DNA of 63,954 nucleotides, the filler included, from Neoconidiobolus thromboides FSU 785 (taxonomy: Eukaryota; Fungi; Entomophthoromycota): NCBI GenBank assembly GCA_025603075.1. It is 9 parts of 9 records of this genome, joined end to end, with 100 filler letters (N's around TTAATTAATTAA, not from the genome) between each part and the next. Parts side by side here need not be neighbours in the genome. Positions count along the whole stretch, not along the records: positions 1 to 14,853 come from MU626601.1; positions 14,954 to 24,419 come from MU626258.1; 7 more parts are not named here. One strand, written 5' to 3'. A program made the translations under genes and the position numbers. This document shows positions 12,202 to 22,418 of this stretch, piece after piece (the first letter of the stretch is position 1; each line of letters starts with the position of its first letter). The notes below the pieces were generated by a model, which worked only from the letters and a program-made list of their open reading frames with translations, searched no databases and was not told the DNA's origin.

Positions 12202-13620
12202 CTATAACTTCTCTTTAGCTAATACATCTCTTAAATTAATATTAGCAATGGATTCTGAATAACAAGTCGAATAAGGATAATGACTTAAATCTAATTTCAT
12301 ATTTTCTATTTTAGGTACAAATAAGGTAACAGGTTCCGTCATAGTTTTGGGTATACTTTCTAATAATTTATGTTTCTTATCCATCTTTCTCTTATAATAA
12401 ATCAAAAGTAAAATAAACACAATTAATAAGATAAAAAATAAACTTCCAATGATGCCTGCAATCATTGGAATATTAGTGGGATTATCCTTTTCCTTGTTCA
12501 TTGAGTTGGCATTGTTTGTATCTTCTTTTCTTATATCACTCTTTTCTATATTTGAGCTATTATTTCCAGGTACATTATCTACCTCTTCCCAAGTTCTAAT
12601 ATTAAAAATCCTTGTTTGCCCCGAACTCTCAGAATCCTTTCTACTACCAAAAGAAGTAATAACTAAATCCTTATATGAAATCAAACAACTTAACTCTAAG
12701 ACTTGAAAGTTGACAACTCTTTTACTCCATTTGAAGGTAACCATATCTAACATATAAAATACGTTTTTATCACCTTCTTTGGATGTAAACAAATACAATA
12801 TGTCCCTTATAACTTGAAACTTTGAATAAAACCTTTCATTCGGTATTTCACCATTCAAGGATATATCCTTAATCTTATTATCACTGAAGTTTACTTCTTT
12901 TATTTTATTCATTGGTAGTTTGTTACCATTTTCACTAGTACCACCTAATAGATATAATTTTCCATTGTATACAAAACATGTTTTCATTGAATCAAGCAGT
13001 TCAATATCCGTTTTTTGGAATATTCCAGTTTCGATATTATATAATATTAGAGGAAGAGTTGTTGATTTAGTGATCTTATTATGTGAGATAGATTGAAAAC
13101 CATATAGTATAAGTTGATTGTTTACTATATCATTTTGTAGAAAATTAAAAATAATTCGGTTTTCAAGACCCAAATTAGTATCGAATTTTAATGCTCTTAA
13201 AAAGGTTAATAATTTAGTATTAGGTCCGTTATCAATAGTCCAGCTATTTTTACTAATATCATAATACGCTGTCCCAAATGGTCCACTTTCTCTAAAAATG
13301 GCCATAATTTTGTTTTCACCCTTACTACTGAATCTGAATACACTTGGTTGTATCATTGTTTGATTTAAATTTGATGGAGCAAGTTTATCCCAAGGTGCTA
13401 TTCGGTTACTCAATTTAAAGCCCTTGTTTAAATCTAGCTTGTAGACTACTTGATTCATATTATAATTTTTAAAATTTTTCAAATAATAATAACCACCAAT
13501 ATAATAAATTGCGTCGTTTACTGATATACATGCTCCTTGTGTCACTCGGGGGTTGATAATTTCTGAGGTTATAGAAAGTAAGTGGAATAAAAAAAACAAA
13601 AAAACAAAAGCCATAAACAT
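12202..13620 (-). CDS. Secreted Kelch/galactose-oxidase-like beta-propeller with single TM helix and cytoplasmic tail (paralog B), intronless
   Basis: Signal peptide; Kelch-like AIYYIGG and KLYLLGG motifs with W-terminated blades (NSWT, FKWS, RTWE); N/S-rich stalk; TM IAGIIGSLFFILLIVFILLLIYY followed by KRK. Confidence 0.8.
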   Translation of the reverse strand: MFMAFVFLFFLFHLLSITSEIINPRVTQGACISVNDAIYYIGGYYYLKNFKNYNMNQVVYKLDLNKGFKLSNRIAPWDKLAPSNLNQTMIQPSVFRFSSKGENKIMAIFRESGPFGTAYYDISKNSWTIDNGPNTKLLTFLRALKFDTNLGLENRIIFNFLQNDIVNNQLILYGFQSISHNKITKSTTLPLILYNIETGIFQKTDIELLDSMKTCFVYNGKLYLLGGTSENGNKLPMNKIKEVNFSDNKIKDISLNGEIPNERFYSKFQVIRDILYLFTSKEGDKNVFYMLDMVTFKWSKRVVNFQVLELSCLISYKDLVITSFGSRKDSESSGQTRIFNIRTWEEVDNVPGNNSSNIEKSDIRKEDTNNANSMNKEKDNPTNIPMIAGIIGSLFFILLIVFILLLIYYKRKMDKKHKLLESIPKTMTEPVTLFVPKIENMKLDLSHYPYSTCYSESIANINLRDVLAKEKL

Positions 13621-13686
13621 AACGTAAAAGAAATTTATCCTTTTATAGACTATTTTAATCTATTTAGTAATATATTTGAAGGGATT

Positions 13687-13826
13687 TATTTAATTAGTAC
13701 ATGCCTTTTATAATCTTTACTAGTTCTATCGCAATAGATTATTTATTCCACTCTATTTAATTAGTACATGCCTTTTATAATCTTTAATTACCAACTCTAT
13801 TGTAATAAATTGTTATTCCACTTTAT
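13687..13826. repeat. Tandem duplication, period 67 bp
   Basis: The 33-bp TATTTAATTAGTACATGCCTTTTATAATCTTTA occurs exactly at 13687 and 13754; the rest of each unit is similar (TTATTCCACT). Confidence 0.85.
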
Positions 13827-14041
13827 TTCAAAGTTATTCTTGAGACTAAAATTAATAGACAAATTAAAGAAAATTTAAATAACCAAAATATTTAACAAAA
13901 CTTACTTTTGATATTTTAAATATCCCTGATAACTTGTTTCTATATAGATTATCCTATTAGTTATATTATACACCTCTACCTAGTTTATTTATAACCAAAT
14001 TTACTAAATTTTATTAGTACTTTATTGCTATTTTAATATAT

Positions 14042-14140
14042 GGGGATATATTTCTATGTTTAAGAATTTTACTACAATCTTTTCACTCAAATAGCGCTTG
14101 AAAAATGGAAAAAGCAATGAAACCAAAAAAAAACAGCCCC
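14042..14140 (+). mobile_element. MITE family 1, copy 2
   Basis: GGGGATATATTT...AAAAACAGCCCC; TSD ATAT/ATAT. Confidence 0.9.
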
Positions 14141-14743
14141 ATATATAATACATTAGCATTTAAGCTGCAGCAATCTAATTTGAAGTCGAACTTGTTTGAC
14201 AACTTTTAATACAGTTTGCTATGTTTTGGTTTAATTTTTTTGCATTTAGACTCCTCTATAGCTTTTTTGATATTATTTCGTTTGTTAAAATTTATGCTAA
14301 AGTTTTAGATTTACCTTTTTCATTGTTATAATTGTTCCAATTCCATTCCAATCTAAATTGTGGTAATTTTTATAATCAATTACTTTTTTGGTTTTTTGAA
14401 GCCTAATCTCTAGATTTTCACTTGATTATAACAGAGTTTTATTATTATGTGAGTGATTATTTAGGTCTCAATAGAATTACAGCAGCTGTAGTCCAAAAAC
14501 TTTAACTAGTAAATTTTTAAGAAAGGCTAAAGCAGCTTTTGGGTTAATAATATATCAATGGTTTAATAGTCTTTAAAGAACAACGCTTTTAATCATTTTA
14601 TTTATATACAGTTAATTATGTGAAATAAATTTTTATATTCAACAAATTTATTATAAATACAGGTAATTTCTATGTAAAGTTTTGCTTTATTTATCTTTCC
14701 ATGATATAACCAGCAAACCTAAATCAGTAACATTAGCTTTAGA

Positions 14744-14853
14744 CTAATGAGTAGGAAAGGAATACCTCAAATCAACTTTAATATCTGTAACTCTAGAAAT
14801 AGGTAAGATAGCGAGTTCGGGTATAACTCTTGGTATGTTTTCATCTGGTTTAT
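14744..14853 (-). CDS. C-terminal tail of a third Kelch-TM paralog (C); upstream part lost in the gap
   Basis: Reverse complement of 14759-14853 is identical to 261-355 (KPDENIPRVIPELAILPISRVTDIKVDLRYS). It then diverges to TAG at 14744-14746, and homology continues to a second stop at 14687. Confidence 0.75.
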
Positions 14854-14953
14854 NNNNNNNNNNNNNNNNNNNNNNNNNNNNNNNNNNNNNNNNNNNNTTA
14901 ATTAATTAANNNNNNNNNNNNNNNNNNNNNNNNNNNNNNNNNNNNNNNNNNNN

Positions 14954-15128
14954 GTCCTGGAAACCTACCATTAATTGTTATCAACTTTATGTCTTTATCC
15001 CAGCTAACTATACTCTCTTCTGCTACTATCCATTTATAATAGCGTGTTCTATGATATCCATATGCTGGTTGATATCCAGAAATAATAAGCGCATTAGCTA
15101 AAATCAACAGTAATAGTTCAACTATCAT
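14954..15128 (-). CDS. 5' fragment of multicopper oxidase copy 1 (rest in gap)
   Basis: Signal peptide followed by TRYYKWIVAEESIVSWDKDIKLITINGRFPG; 14954-15048 is identical to 18420-18514 of copy 2. Confidence 0.8.
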
Positions 15129-15283
15129 TTTAAAATAGCAATTTTGTAATTATTATTTAACTTTTATAGTTTTCTCAATCCTTCCTTGGGATCGCCCTAA
15201 TCATTGATAGGGGCGTATTTTTTGTTAAAGATTTACGACCATGCTTTTATTCAATAAAACAAACATTGCTACAAACATCAGTC

Positions 15284-15365
15284 ATATTATCCAACTTTTG
15301 ACTTTTTAAAAAACGCTGAAAAGGCTTCTTAATGTTTTTAAATAAAGACCAAAGTTGGATAATAT
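15284..15365. repeat. 82-bp inverted repeat / hairpin (possible mini TIR element)
   Basis: ATATTATCCAACTTT ... AAAGTTGGATAATAT forms a perfect 15-bp stem that extends imperfectly to about 30 bp. Confidence 0.6.
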
Positions 15366-15988
15366 AGGAGATATTCATGACAATGATCAAATTTTATTCT
15401 TTGAAAATAACTCATTTTTAAACAATGGCACTTTTATGGCTAAGTTTTTGAATTATCATTAGGCAAAATTAGCTCAATTTTTAGTACCATTATTAATACG
15501 GGAGAAGTTCGTAACTTATTAATGCATTTATTTAAATTTAAGTGTACATTATATAGCGTTGATTTTTATATTCAGTAACTTATAGTTGGGCTGATTTGAA
15601 TATTAATACCTTAAATTTGTATCCTTAAATGAGCAGTAAAATAGTATAAAGTTGGTTTAAATAGTTACAAAAACAATAAAATATAGCATCAAAATTATAA
15701 CTATCAAATATCCATGATATTTTTGGATTTTGTAAAGTTACGATTGAACTAAATCTATCTATTTAATTTTAGTAGTTTGAATTAAAATAGCGCTTTTTTA
15801 GCTAAAATTAAATCCCAGATTAAAGTATAGTAAATTTAGCCCAGTTTGACTAACATTTATTATTAAATTAATTTTTATTCAAAATAAAAATGATCTTTAA
15901 AAAAATGTCGTCACCCCATAATATTTGCTAATATCATTGATGTTTTTTGGAACACCCTATCAAATATGGGGGAATGCCCTTTATAAAT

Positions 15989-16084
15989 GGGGCTGTTTTT
16001 TTGGTTTTATTATTTTTCCATTTTTTAAGCGCTATTTGAGTGGAAATTTGTTGGTAAAATTCTTAAACACAAAAATACATCCTC
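15989..16084 (-). mobile_element. MITE family 1, copy 3
   Basis: Reverse orientation, GGGGCTGTTTTT...AAAATACATCCTC; TSD AAAT/AAAT. Confidence 0.9.
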
Positions 16085-16566
16085 AAATTGTCCTTTTTTG
16101 CTATTCTTATAAATTTAGAAATTAGTTAGTCAATATCCTATTCAAGTTTGAATGTGTGCTAGGTAACTGTTCATTTTAAATAAAGCTAACATGCCTCAAA
16201 TCAGTATGATAAAACAAACAATTAGTTATAAGATTCATTATTTAACAATGGCACATTCAAGCTTAGGCAACTGAGGATTGGTTAATTTAAATTTAAAAAA
16301 ATAGCAAGGGTAATGTAATACGTGAAAAATATCCCTATATAACAACGATTCTATTAAAAAACAAAATAAATTAAAAAAATAAATTAAACCATTTTGTTAT
16401 ATTATTAATATAATAAAAAGGATATTTTGAACAATCAGATATAAAATGTTTTGAATCCTGTCAACATAATCTTTTGGTAATATTGTTGAAAATTATATGG
16501 GTTGAACCTTTACCTGTAATTAAGCTTTTAATTTCACAGTTTTTAATGAAGTGTTGAAAAAGATAT

Positions 16567-16659
16567 GGGGATGTATTTTTTGTTTAAGAATTCCACTATC
16601 TTTCTGCTCAAATAGCACTTAAAAAATAGAAAAAGTAATGAGACCAAGAAAATATACAC
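16567..16659 (+). mobile_element. MITE family 1, copy 4
   Basis: GGGGATGTATTTTT... with a decayed right TIR; TSD ATAT/ATAT. Confidence 0.85.
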
Positions 16660-16797
16660 ATATATAAGTATATTAGTTATACGTAAATATCTTTAAAAAA
16701 ATTTATGGTGTGATAGTTCCATCTGAAACTAATAAAAGACGAAATATCCACATACTTGAGCTTTTTAAAGTTAAAGTATTATATTTATTACTCGTTA

Positions 16798-18594
16798 TTA
16801 ATATCTATTTATATGATAATTCCTAGGCAACTCGTTAATGATATGGTATTTCCCCATAATTAAATGTGGAGTAATATGACAATGCATAAACCAAGAGCCA
16901 GGGTTATCGGCAATAAATCGGATTGCATACCAGCCGCAAGAGACATATTCATCTGGATTATTATTGATATTAATATTAGACTTGACAGCAGTGAAATCTT
17001 GATTCTCTGAGAACGCAACCTTCAGAGTGGATATTTTAAAGTTAAATGCCTTTGCTTGTAATTGATTTTGATCAACGATATCAGGATAATGTGTAAAGGT
17101 ATCCCTTAAAATTGGGATTTTATTCCCATATCTCAAATTATCTTCGATTTCTCTTTCTTCATCAATTTTGAAGTCATCTTTACCATAACCAACAACATAA
17201 TATGAATGACCATGTAAATGCCATGGATGGATAATACAGTTTGTACTATTATTGCGCATAGCAAAGTGTTCAATAACTATCTGTACACTATCACCTTCCC
17301 TGATATCTACGATTCCTTGTGAATTTTCTTGATATGGTACATACGTTTTATCTACTACTTCAGTCCATAAAGTACTATTATCTTTTGATACCCTTTTTCC
17401 ATCCATTGTAAAATAAATAGCTTTATTAACATCGCTTGCTTCAGCTACTTTGAAATAAAGTCTCTTGTTAACAGTTTTAGGCACATCATAAAAGTGTTTT
17501 AACTTTCTCCTTAAATACCACTTANNNNNNNNNNNNNNNNNNNNNNNNNNNNNNNNNNNNNNNNNNNNNNNNNNNNNNNNNNNNNNNNNNNNNNNNNNNN
17601 NNNNNNNNNNNNNNNNNNNNNNNNNNNNNNNNNNNNNNNNNNNNNNNNNNNNNNNNNNNNNNNNNNNNNNNNNNNNNNNNNNNNNNNNNNNNNNNNNNNN
17701 NNNNNNNNNNNNNNNNNNNNNNNNNNNNNNNNNNNNNNNNNNNNNNNNNNNNNNNNNNNNNNNNNNNNNNNNNNNNNNNNNNNNNNNNNNNNNNNNNNNN
17801 NNNNNNNNNNNNNNNNNNNNNNNNNNNNNNNNNNNNNNNNNNNNNNNNNNNNNNNNNNNNNNNNNNNNNNNNNNNNNNNNNNNNNNNNNNNNNNNNNNNN
17901 NNNNNNNNNNNNNNNNNNNNNNNNNNNNNNNNNNNNNNNNNNNNNNNNNNNNNNNNNNNNNNNNNNNNNNNNNNNNNNNNNNNNNNNNNNNNNNNNNNNN
18001 NNNNNNNNNNNNNNNNNNNNNNNNNNNNNNNNNNNNNNNNNNNNNNNNNNNNNNNNNNNNNNNNNNNNNNNNNNNNNNNNNNNNNNNNNNNNNNNNNNNN
18101 NNNNNNNNNNNNNNNNNNNNNNNNNNNNNNNNNNNNNNNNNNNNNNNNNNNNNNNNNNNNNNNNNNNNNNNNNNNNNNNNNNNNNNNNNNNNNNNNNNNN
18201 NNNNNNNNNNNNNNNNNNNNNNNNNNNNNNNNNNNNNNNNNNNNNNNNNNNNNNNNNNNNNNNNNNNNNNNNNNNNNNNNNNNNNNNNNNNNNNNNNNNN
18301 NNNNNNNNNNNNNNNNNNNNNNNNNNNNNNNNNNNNNNNNNNNNNNNNNNNNNNNNNNNNNNNNNNNNNNNNNNNNNNNNNNNNNNNNNNNNNNNNNNNN
18401 NNNNNNNNNNNNNNNNNNNGTCCTGGAAACCTACCATTAATTGTTATCAACTTTATGTCTTTATCCCAGCTAACTATACTCTCTTCTGCTACTATCCATT
18501 TATAATAGCGTGTTTGGCCATACCTGTAGCCTGGTTGATATCCTGATACAATAAGGATATTGCTTATAAACAATACAAATAGCACAGCTATCAT
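16798..18594 (-). CDS. Secreted multicopper oxidase (ascorbate-oxidase/laccase-like) copy 2, middle covered by the 895-N gap (17525-18419)
   Basis: Signal peptide; TINGRFPG; copper motifs HPWHLHGH and WFMHCHITPHLIMGK; ADNPGSW. Confidence 0.88.
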   Translation of the reverse strand: MIAVLFVLFISNILIVSGYQPGYRYGQTRYYKWIVAEESIVSWDKDIKLITINGRFPGXXXXXXXXXXXXXXXXXXXXXXXXXXXXXXXXXXXXXXXXXXXXXXXXXXXXXXXXXXXXXXXXXXXXXXXXXXXXXXXXXXXXXXXXXXXXXXXXXXXXXXXXXXXXXXXXXXXXXXXXXXXXXXXXXXXXXXXXXXXXXXXXXXXXXXXXXXXXXXXXXXXXXXXXXXXXXXXXXXXXXXXXXXXXXXXXXXXXXXXXXXXXXXXXXXXXXXXXXXXXXXXXXXXXXXXXXXXXXXXXXXXXXXXXXXXXXXXXXXXXXXXXXXXXXXXXXXXXXXXXXXXXXXXXXXXXXXXXXXXKWYLRRKLKHFYDVPKTVNKRLYFKVAEASDVNKAIYFTMDGKRVSKDNSTLWTEVVDKTYVPYQENSQGIVDIREGDSVQIVIEHFAMRNNSTNCIIHPWHLHGHSYYVVGYGKDDFKIDEEREIEDNLRYGNKIPILRDTFTHYPDIVDQNQLQAKAFNFKISTLKVAFSENQDFTAVKSNININNNPDEYVSCGWYAIRFIADNPGSWFMHCHITPHLIMGKYHIINELPRNYHINRY

Positions 18595-18849
18595 TTTTTA
18601 AAAATAATTTTTTAGATTGGCATGGTCTAATTTATTCACTTTTTATTGAGATTCAATCTAATAATGATTGACACGAATATGCTTATCCAAAAAATAGCTC
18701 ATTTTCTCTAACAAGATCTTAAAAAATAGCTTACAAAATTTGAGCAGATTTTACTTGATTCTAAAGAATTAAATTTCCAATGATGTAACTGCTTATCTAA
18801 TTTATTTTAATCTAATAAGCTTATTCCAAAAAGGTAAAGATCATAAAAT

Positions 18850-18946
18850 GAGGATGTGTTTTTGTTTAAGAATTTTATTAACAAATTTTGCACGCAAATA
18901 GCGCTTAAAAAATGGAAAAAATAATGAAGTCAAAAAAAACACTCCC
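18850..18946 (+). mobile_element. MITE family 1, copy 5
   Basis: GAGGATGTGTTTTT...AAAAACACTCCC; TSD AAAT/AAAT. Confidence 0.9.
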
Positions 18947-19034
18947 AAATATTTAAAAAAATCTCCTTTTAAAAAAATTGTCGGGTTTCATATAAAACCA
19001 GTATCATAACTGCTTCATTTATTTAAATCATTAT

Positions 19035-20534
19035 TTAATTTTCCTGAGAAGCAAGCCATTGTTTTATACTTTGAATTTGGTTTTCAACCGATTGCAAGGA
19101 AGTTCCTCCAATCCCATTACGTCTATCACATGATGCTTCAAAATTACCTCCCATATCTTTAACATCATCTCCAAAGGCTTCGTGTTGCTCTTTTAGTACA
19201 TTTAATGGAAGCTGAGTAATAGGTGTTTCTAGTTCTTCGGATCTCAAAACCAACTGTCCGGCATGATGATGACTTTCTCTAAATGGTACCCCCTTTCTTA
19301 CCAAATAATCTGCTAAATCGGTAGCTAGCATATCCTCACTAAGAGCTTCTGCCATTTTTATATTGTTAACCTAAACAAGTTAATACGTGCATAAACTAAA
19401 ATAATAGGAATTACAGTCAACATACTAATAACATCACCAATTAACGGAATGCACTTTTTCATTGTGTCTACAGTATCAAACATTGGTTCTTTGTCTTCTT
19501 GCATATCTTTATTATAAGAAGAGGGCAGCCCTTTCATAGTCATCATAAATCCGCTTAGCTTTATTAAAATTTAAGCTAAATTTAATCAAAAATTTTAAAA
19601 TATTATGTACCTTTCCGAATATTCTTCCAGATTTACCTCTCAATAATTCTAAACTATCAGGATTACATTTTTGTGGCATTAAACTAGATCCGGTTGAATG
19701 TCTTTCATTTAATTGTATATAGTCGAATTCTTTTGATGAATAGATGATTAAATCTTCTGATACTTGGGATATATGAATTCCAGTTAAAGATGCCCAAAAT
19801 AAAAACTCAATTATAAAATCTCTATCTGACACTGCCAAGATAGAATTTGGTATAATTTCTGAAAACTGCAATTCCTCTGCTATCTTTTTTTGATTGATAG
19901 AAAATGGATTACCAGCTAATGCCCCAGCACCCAATGGCAATTGGTTTACTCTCTGTAGTATTTCAGTCAAACGCTGGTAATCTGATTTAAAGCGAAATAT
20001 ATAATTCAATAGCCAATGACTGAATCTAATTGGTTGTGCTCGTTGTAAGTGTGTGTAACCTGGTAAAATAATGTCCTTATTCTCATCTGCAATTTCAACC
20101 ATATTTTGAATTGTAAGATGTAGCTGAGAAAGTAGTATCTTAATTTCCTCTCTTAACCACAGACGCATATCAGTAGCAACCTGATCATTGCGTGATCTCC
20201 CAGTATGCAGTTTGCCACCTACGGCTCCAATGATTTCAGTTAATCTGCGCTCATTTGCCGTGTGTATATCTTCATCACTTTCCTTGATCACAAATTTTTT
20301 TTGCTCCCATTCCTCTAAAACCTGATTCAATCCCTTTTCGATTAAAGTGCTTTCTTCTAAACTTAATAAACCAGCATCCTGTAATGCATGAGCATAAGCG
20401 ATTGATCCTAATATGTCTACTTTATATAATCGTTTATCATAACCTATCGAATAATTCAGTTCATCCATCAGTGGGTCGCTTACTCCGCTAAATCGACCAC
20501 CCCATAACTTTTTTGATTCTTCGTTTTCACTCAT
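19035..20534 (-). CDS. ARG4: Argininosuccinate lyase, 2 introns
   Basis: [54 protein letters not shown] and (after splicing) [46 protein letters not shown]. Confidence 0.96.
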
Positions 20535-20621
20535 TTTTAAAATAAATTATTAACTCCATTTTTGCTCCTTTTATACTATTCATTATCCCTTGTTTCACCT
20601 ATTAGCCAATTGCATTCACTT

Positions 20622-20629
20622 TGAGTCAT
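20622..20629 (-). promoter_or_regulatory. Candidate Gcn4/CpcA site (ATGACTCA) upstream of ARG4
   Basis: TGAGTCAT on + lies 87 bp upstream of the ARG4 ATG. A near-site ATGACTAAT is at 20653-20661 and a CCAAT at about 20606. Confidence 0.5.
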
Positions 20630-21054
20630 CTTAACTCTTATTTATAATTGGTATGACTAATAGTACATTTTGTTAGCATTACTCATTTCAATTTGAAGCA
20701 TTAATTCAAAAATGTCAAATAAAAAATAAAGTATTAAAAAATAAAGTATTAAAAAATATCTCTCTTATATAAATATACAAGTGTTTGCCCTAATTATCTT
20801 CCTTTTAATTAAATGACGCCCTTTTTTATGATAAATAATAAAAACACTAATAGCAACCTACTTTATGTTATTTAATAAACCTTAAAAATTAGCAGTCACA
20901 AAACTTGATTTTTTTAATCAACCACAAAAGATACCACAAAATAATAAAGTTGTAGTAAACCATAGCAAATCAATAAATACCATAACAAGATTTAACACAA
21001 AAGTAGTATAAAAATATGGTATTTGAGCTATAGTCTGATACTTTTTATCAATTA

Positions 21055-21834
21055 ATGAACTTACTCCTTACAACAATAAATATACTACTTCTTAAACTAA
21101 TTATTGGAAATAACGATTGGGGCTATGACAAAGATAATGGACCAAGTCGCTGGGGCTCGATTAGTAGCGCCTACAAAATCTGCAAAGAAGGAAAGAGACA
21201 ATCACCTATTGCTTTAAAAAAACACGTTTCTGACTTTACAACTAACAAGGATTATGTTAATGAATGGCCTAATACTGAGGCTACCCTTGCTTATGTAAGT
21301 AGTGGGAATGCTATCTCAGTAGATTTAGCTTCAGTCCATGTACCTTTTTTTGAGCTAGATGGCTACGAATTATACTTAAAACAATTCCACATCCATACAC
21401 CAGCTGAACATACCATCGATGGGAAAAGAGCAGACCTGGAAGCCCACTTTGTATTTACTAATGATTATGCGAATGCCTATCAAGTCTTTGGTGTGCTTTT
21501 TGATGTTGATTTATTTTTAGAAGATCATGATGGCTTTTTTAAGGGTCTTTCTCAAAGTAGCAAAATTACTAATAAAAAAGAGTTCTGTGGATTAGAGCTT
21601 GGTAGCTTATATAAAGCTGTACATGGATTTCAATCTGGTCATGTTTATCGTGGTTCTCTTACTACTCCCCCATGTACGGAAGCTGCTAGGTTTATAATTT
21701 CTGATCATATATTATCTATATCCTCTCACCAATTAGACATCTTAAAGAGTGCAGTACATGGCAATAATAGTAGACCTATTCGAAATACTACTGAGCTTCA
21801 TGAAGTAGGAGTATTTGAATGTACTCTTAAGTGA
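21055..21834 (+). CDS. Secreted alpha-class carbonic anhydrase, intronless
   Basis: Signal peptide; WGY..DNGPSRW, GKRQSPIAL, Zn ligands QFHIH and LEAHFV, YRGSLTTPPCTE. Confidence 0.9.
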   Translation: MNLLLTTINILLLKLIIGNNDWGYDKDNGPSRWGSISSAYKICKEGKRQSPIALKKHVSDFTTNKDYVNEWPNTEATLAYVSSGNAISVDLASVHVPFFELDGYELYLKQFHIHTPAEHTIDGKRADLEAHFVFTNDYANAYQVFGVLFDVDLFLEDHDGFFKGLSQSSKITNKKEFCGLELGSLYKAVHGFQSGHVYRGSLTTPPCTEAARFIISDHILSISSHQLDILKSAVHGNNSRPIRNTTELHEVGVFECTLK

Positions 21835-22418
21835 CACCTTTCCGAACGTCGAATGACCTATAAAATATATTTTTAACTAAAATATAGTATAAAAGTTTAT
21901 TTTGATGCTTTCTTGTTTTCATTAAAAACTATTTCAGCAACCATAGTCCTAACAAATATAAAAGATTTATATGCTATGGCAAACGAATCTTTTAGCGCTT
22001 TAATTAAAAGTATTGAATAAATATCTTAACAAGTATTAAATTTTATTTTATTAAAAACTATCAGCTTTTGATGCTTATTTTTATAATTTATTTGATACTT
22101 TCCAATCTTGCTTTTGTTTAATACATACACCCTAGAGGATTCAAGTTTAAAAAAGATACTCTACATTGATAACTGCTTTTCAATTTAAGGCGGATAAATT
22201 ACAGAAGCTTCCTTATAAAAACTATTCAAGGGAAAATATTATCCTCATTACAAAAGAAAACCAGAAAGCATATAAATCATAATTCCAAAAAAAGTTGATT
22301 TGTAATTACACTATAGCGCAAATTTCAAGATAAACCAAAAAGCCAAACCATGGTGTAAACTACTTTATTAAATATATATATATATACTAAATATAAGAAA
22401 CTCAAAAACGACTTACAA

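Noticed and set aside
14759-14853. The exact 95-bp length of the identity tracts as a biological conversion unit
   Set aside because: Both tracts end at contig edges, and the length fits K-1 of a 96-mer assembler. The identity is real but its length is an assembly artefact.
15925-16125. 66-aa ORF (similar cases at 22542-22748 3' part and 37294-37500)
   Set aside because: These read through MITE copies, which explains their shared NFxxQIALK-type words; not genes.
17511-18437. 308-aa ORF made almost entirely of X
   Set aside because: Artefact of translating through the 895-N gap.
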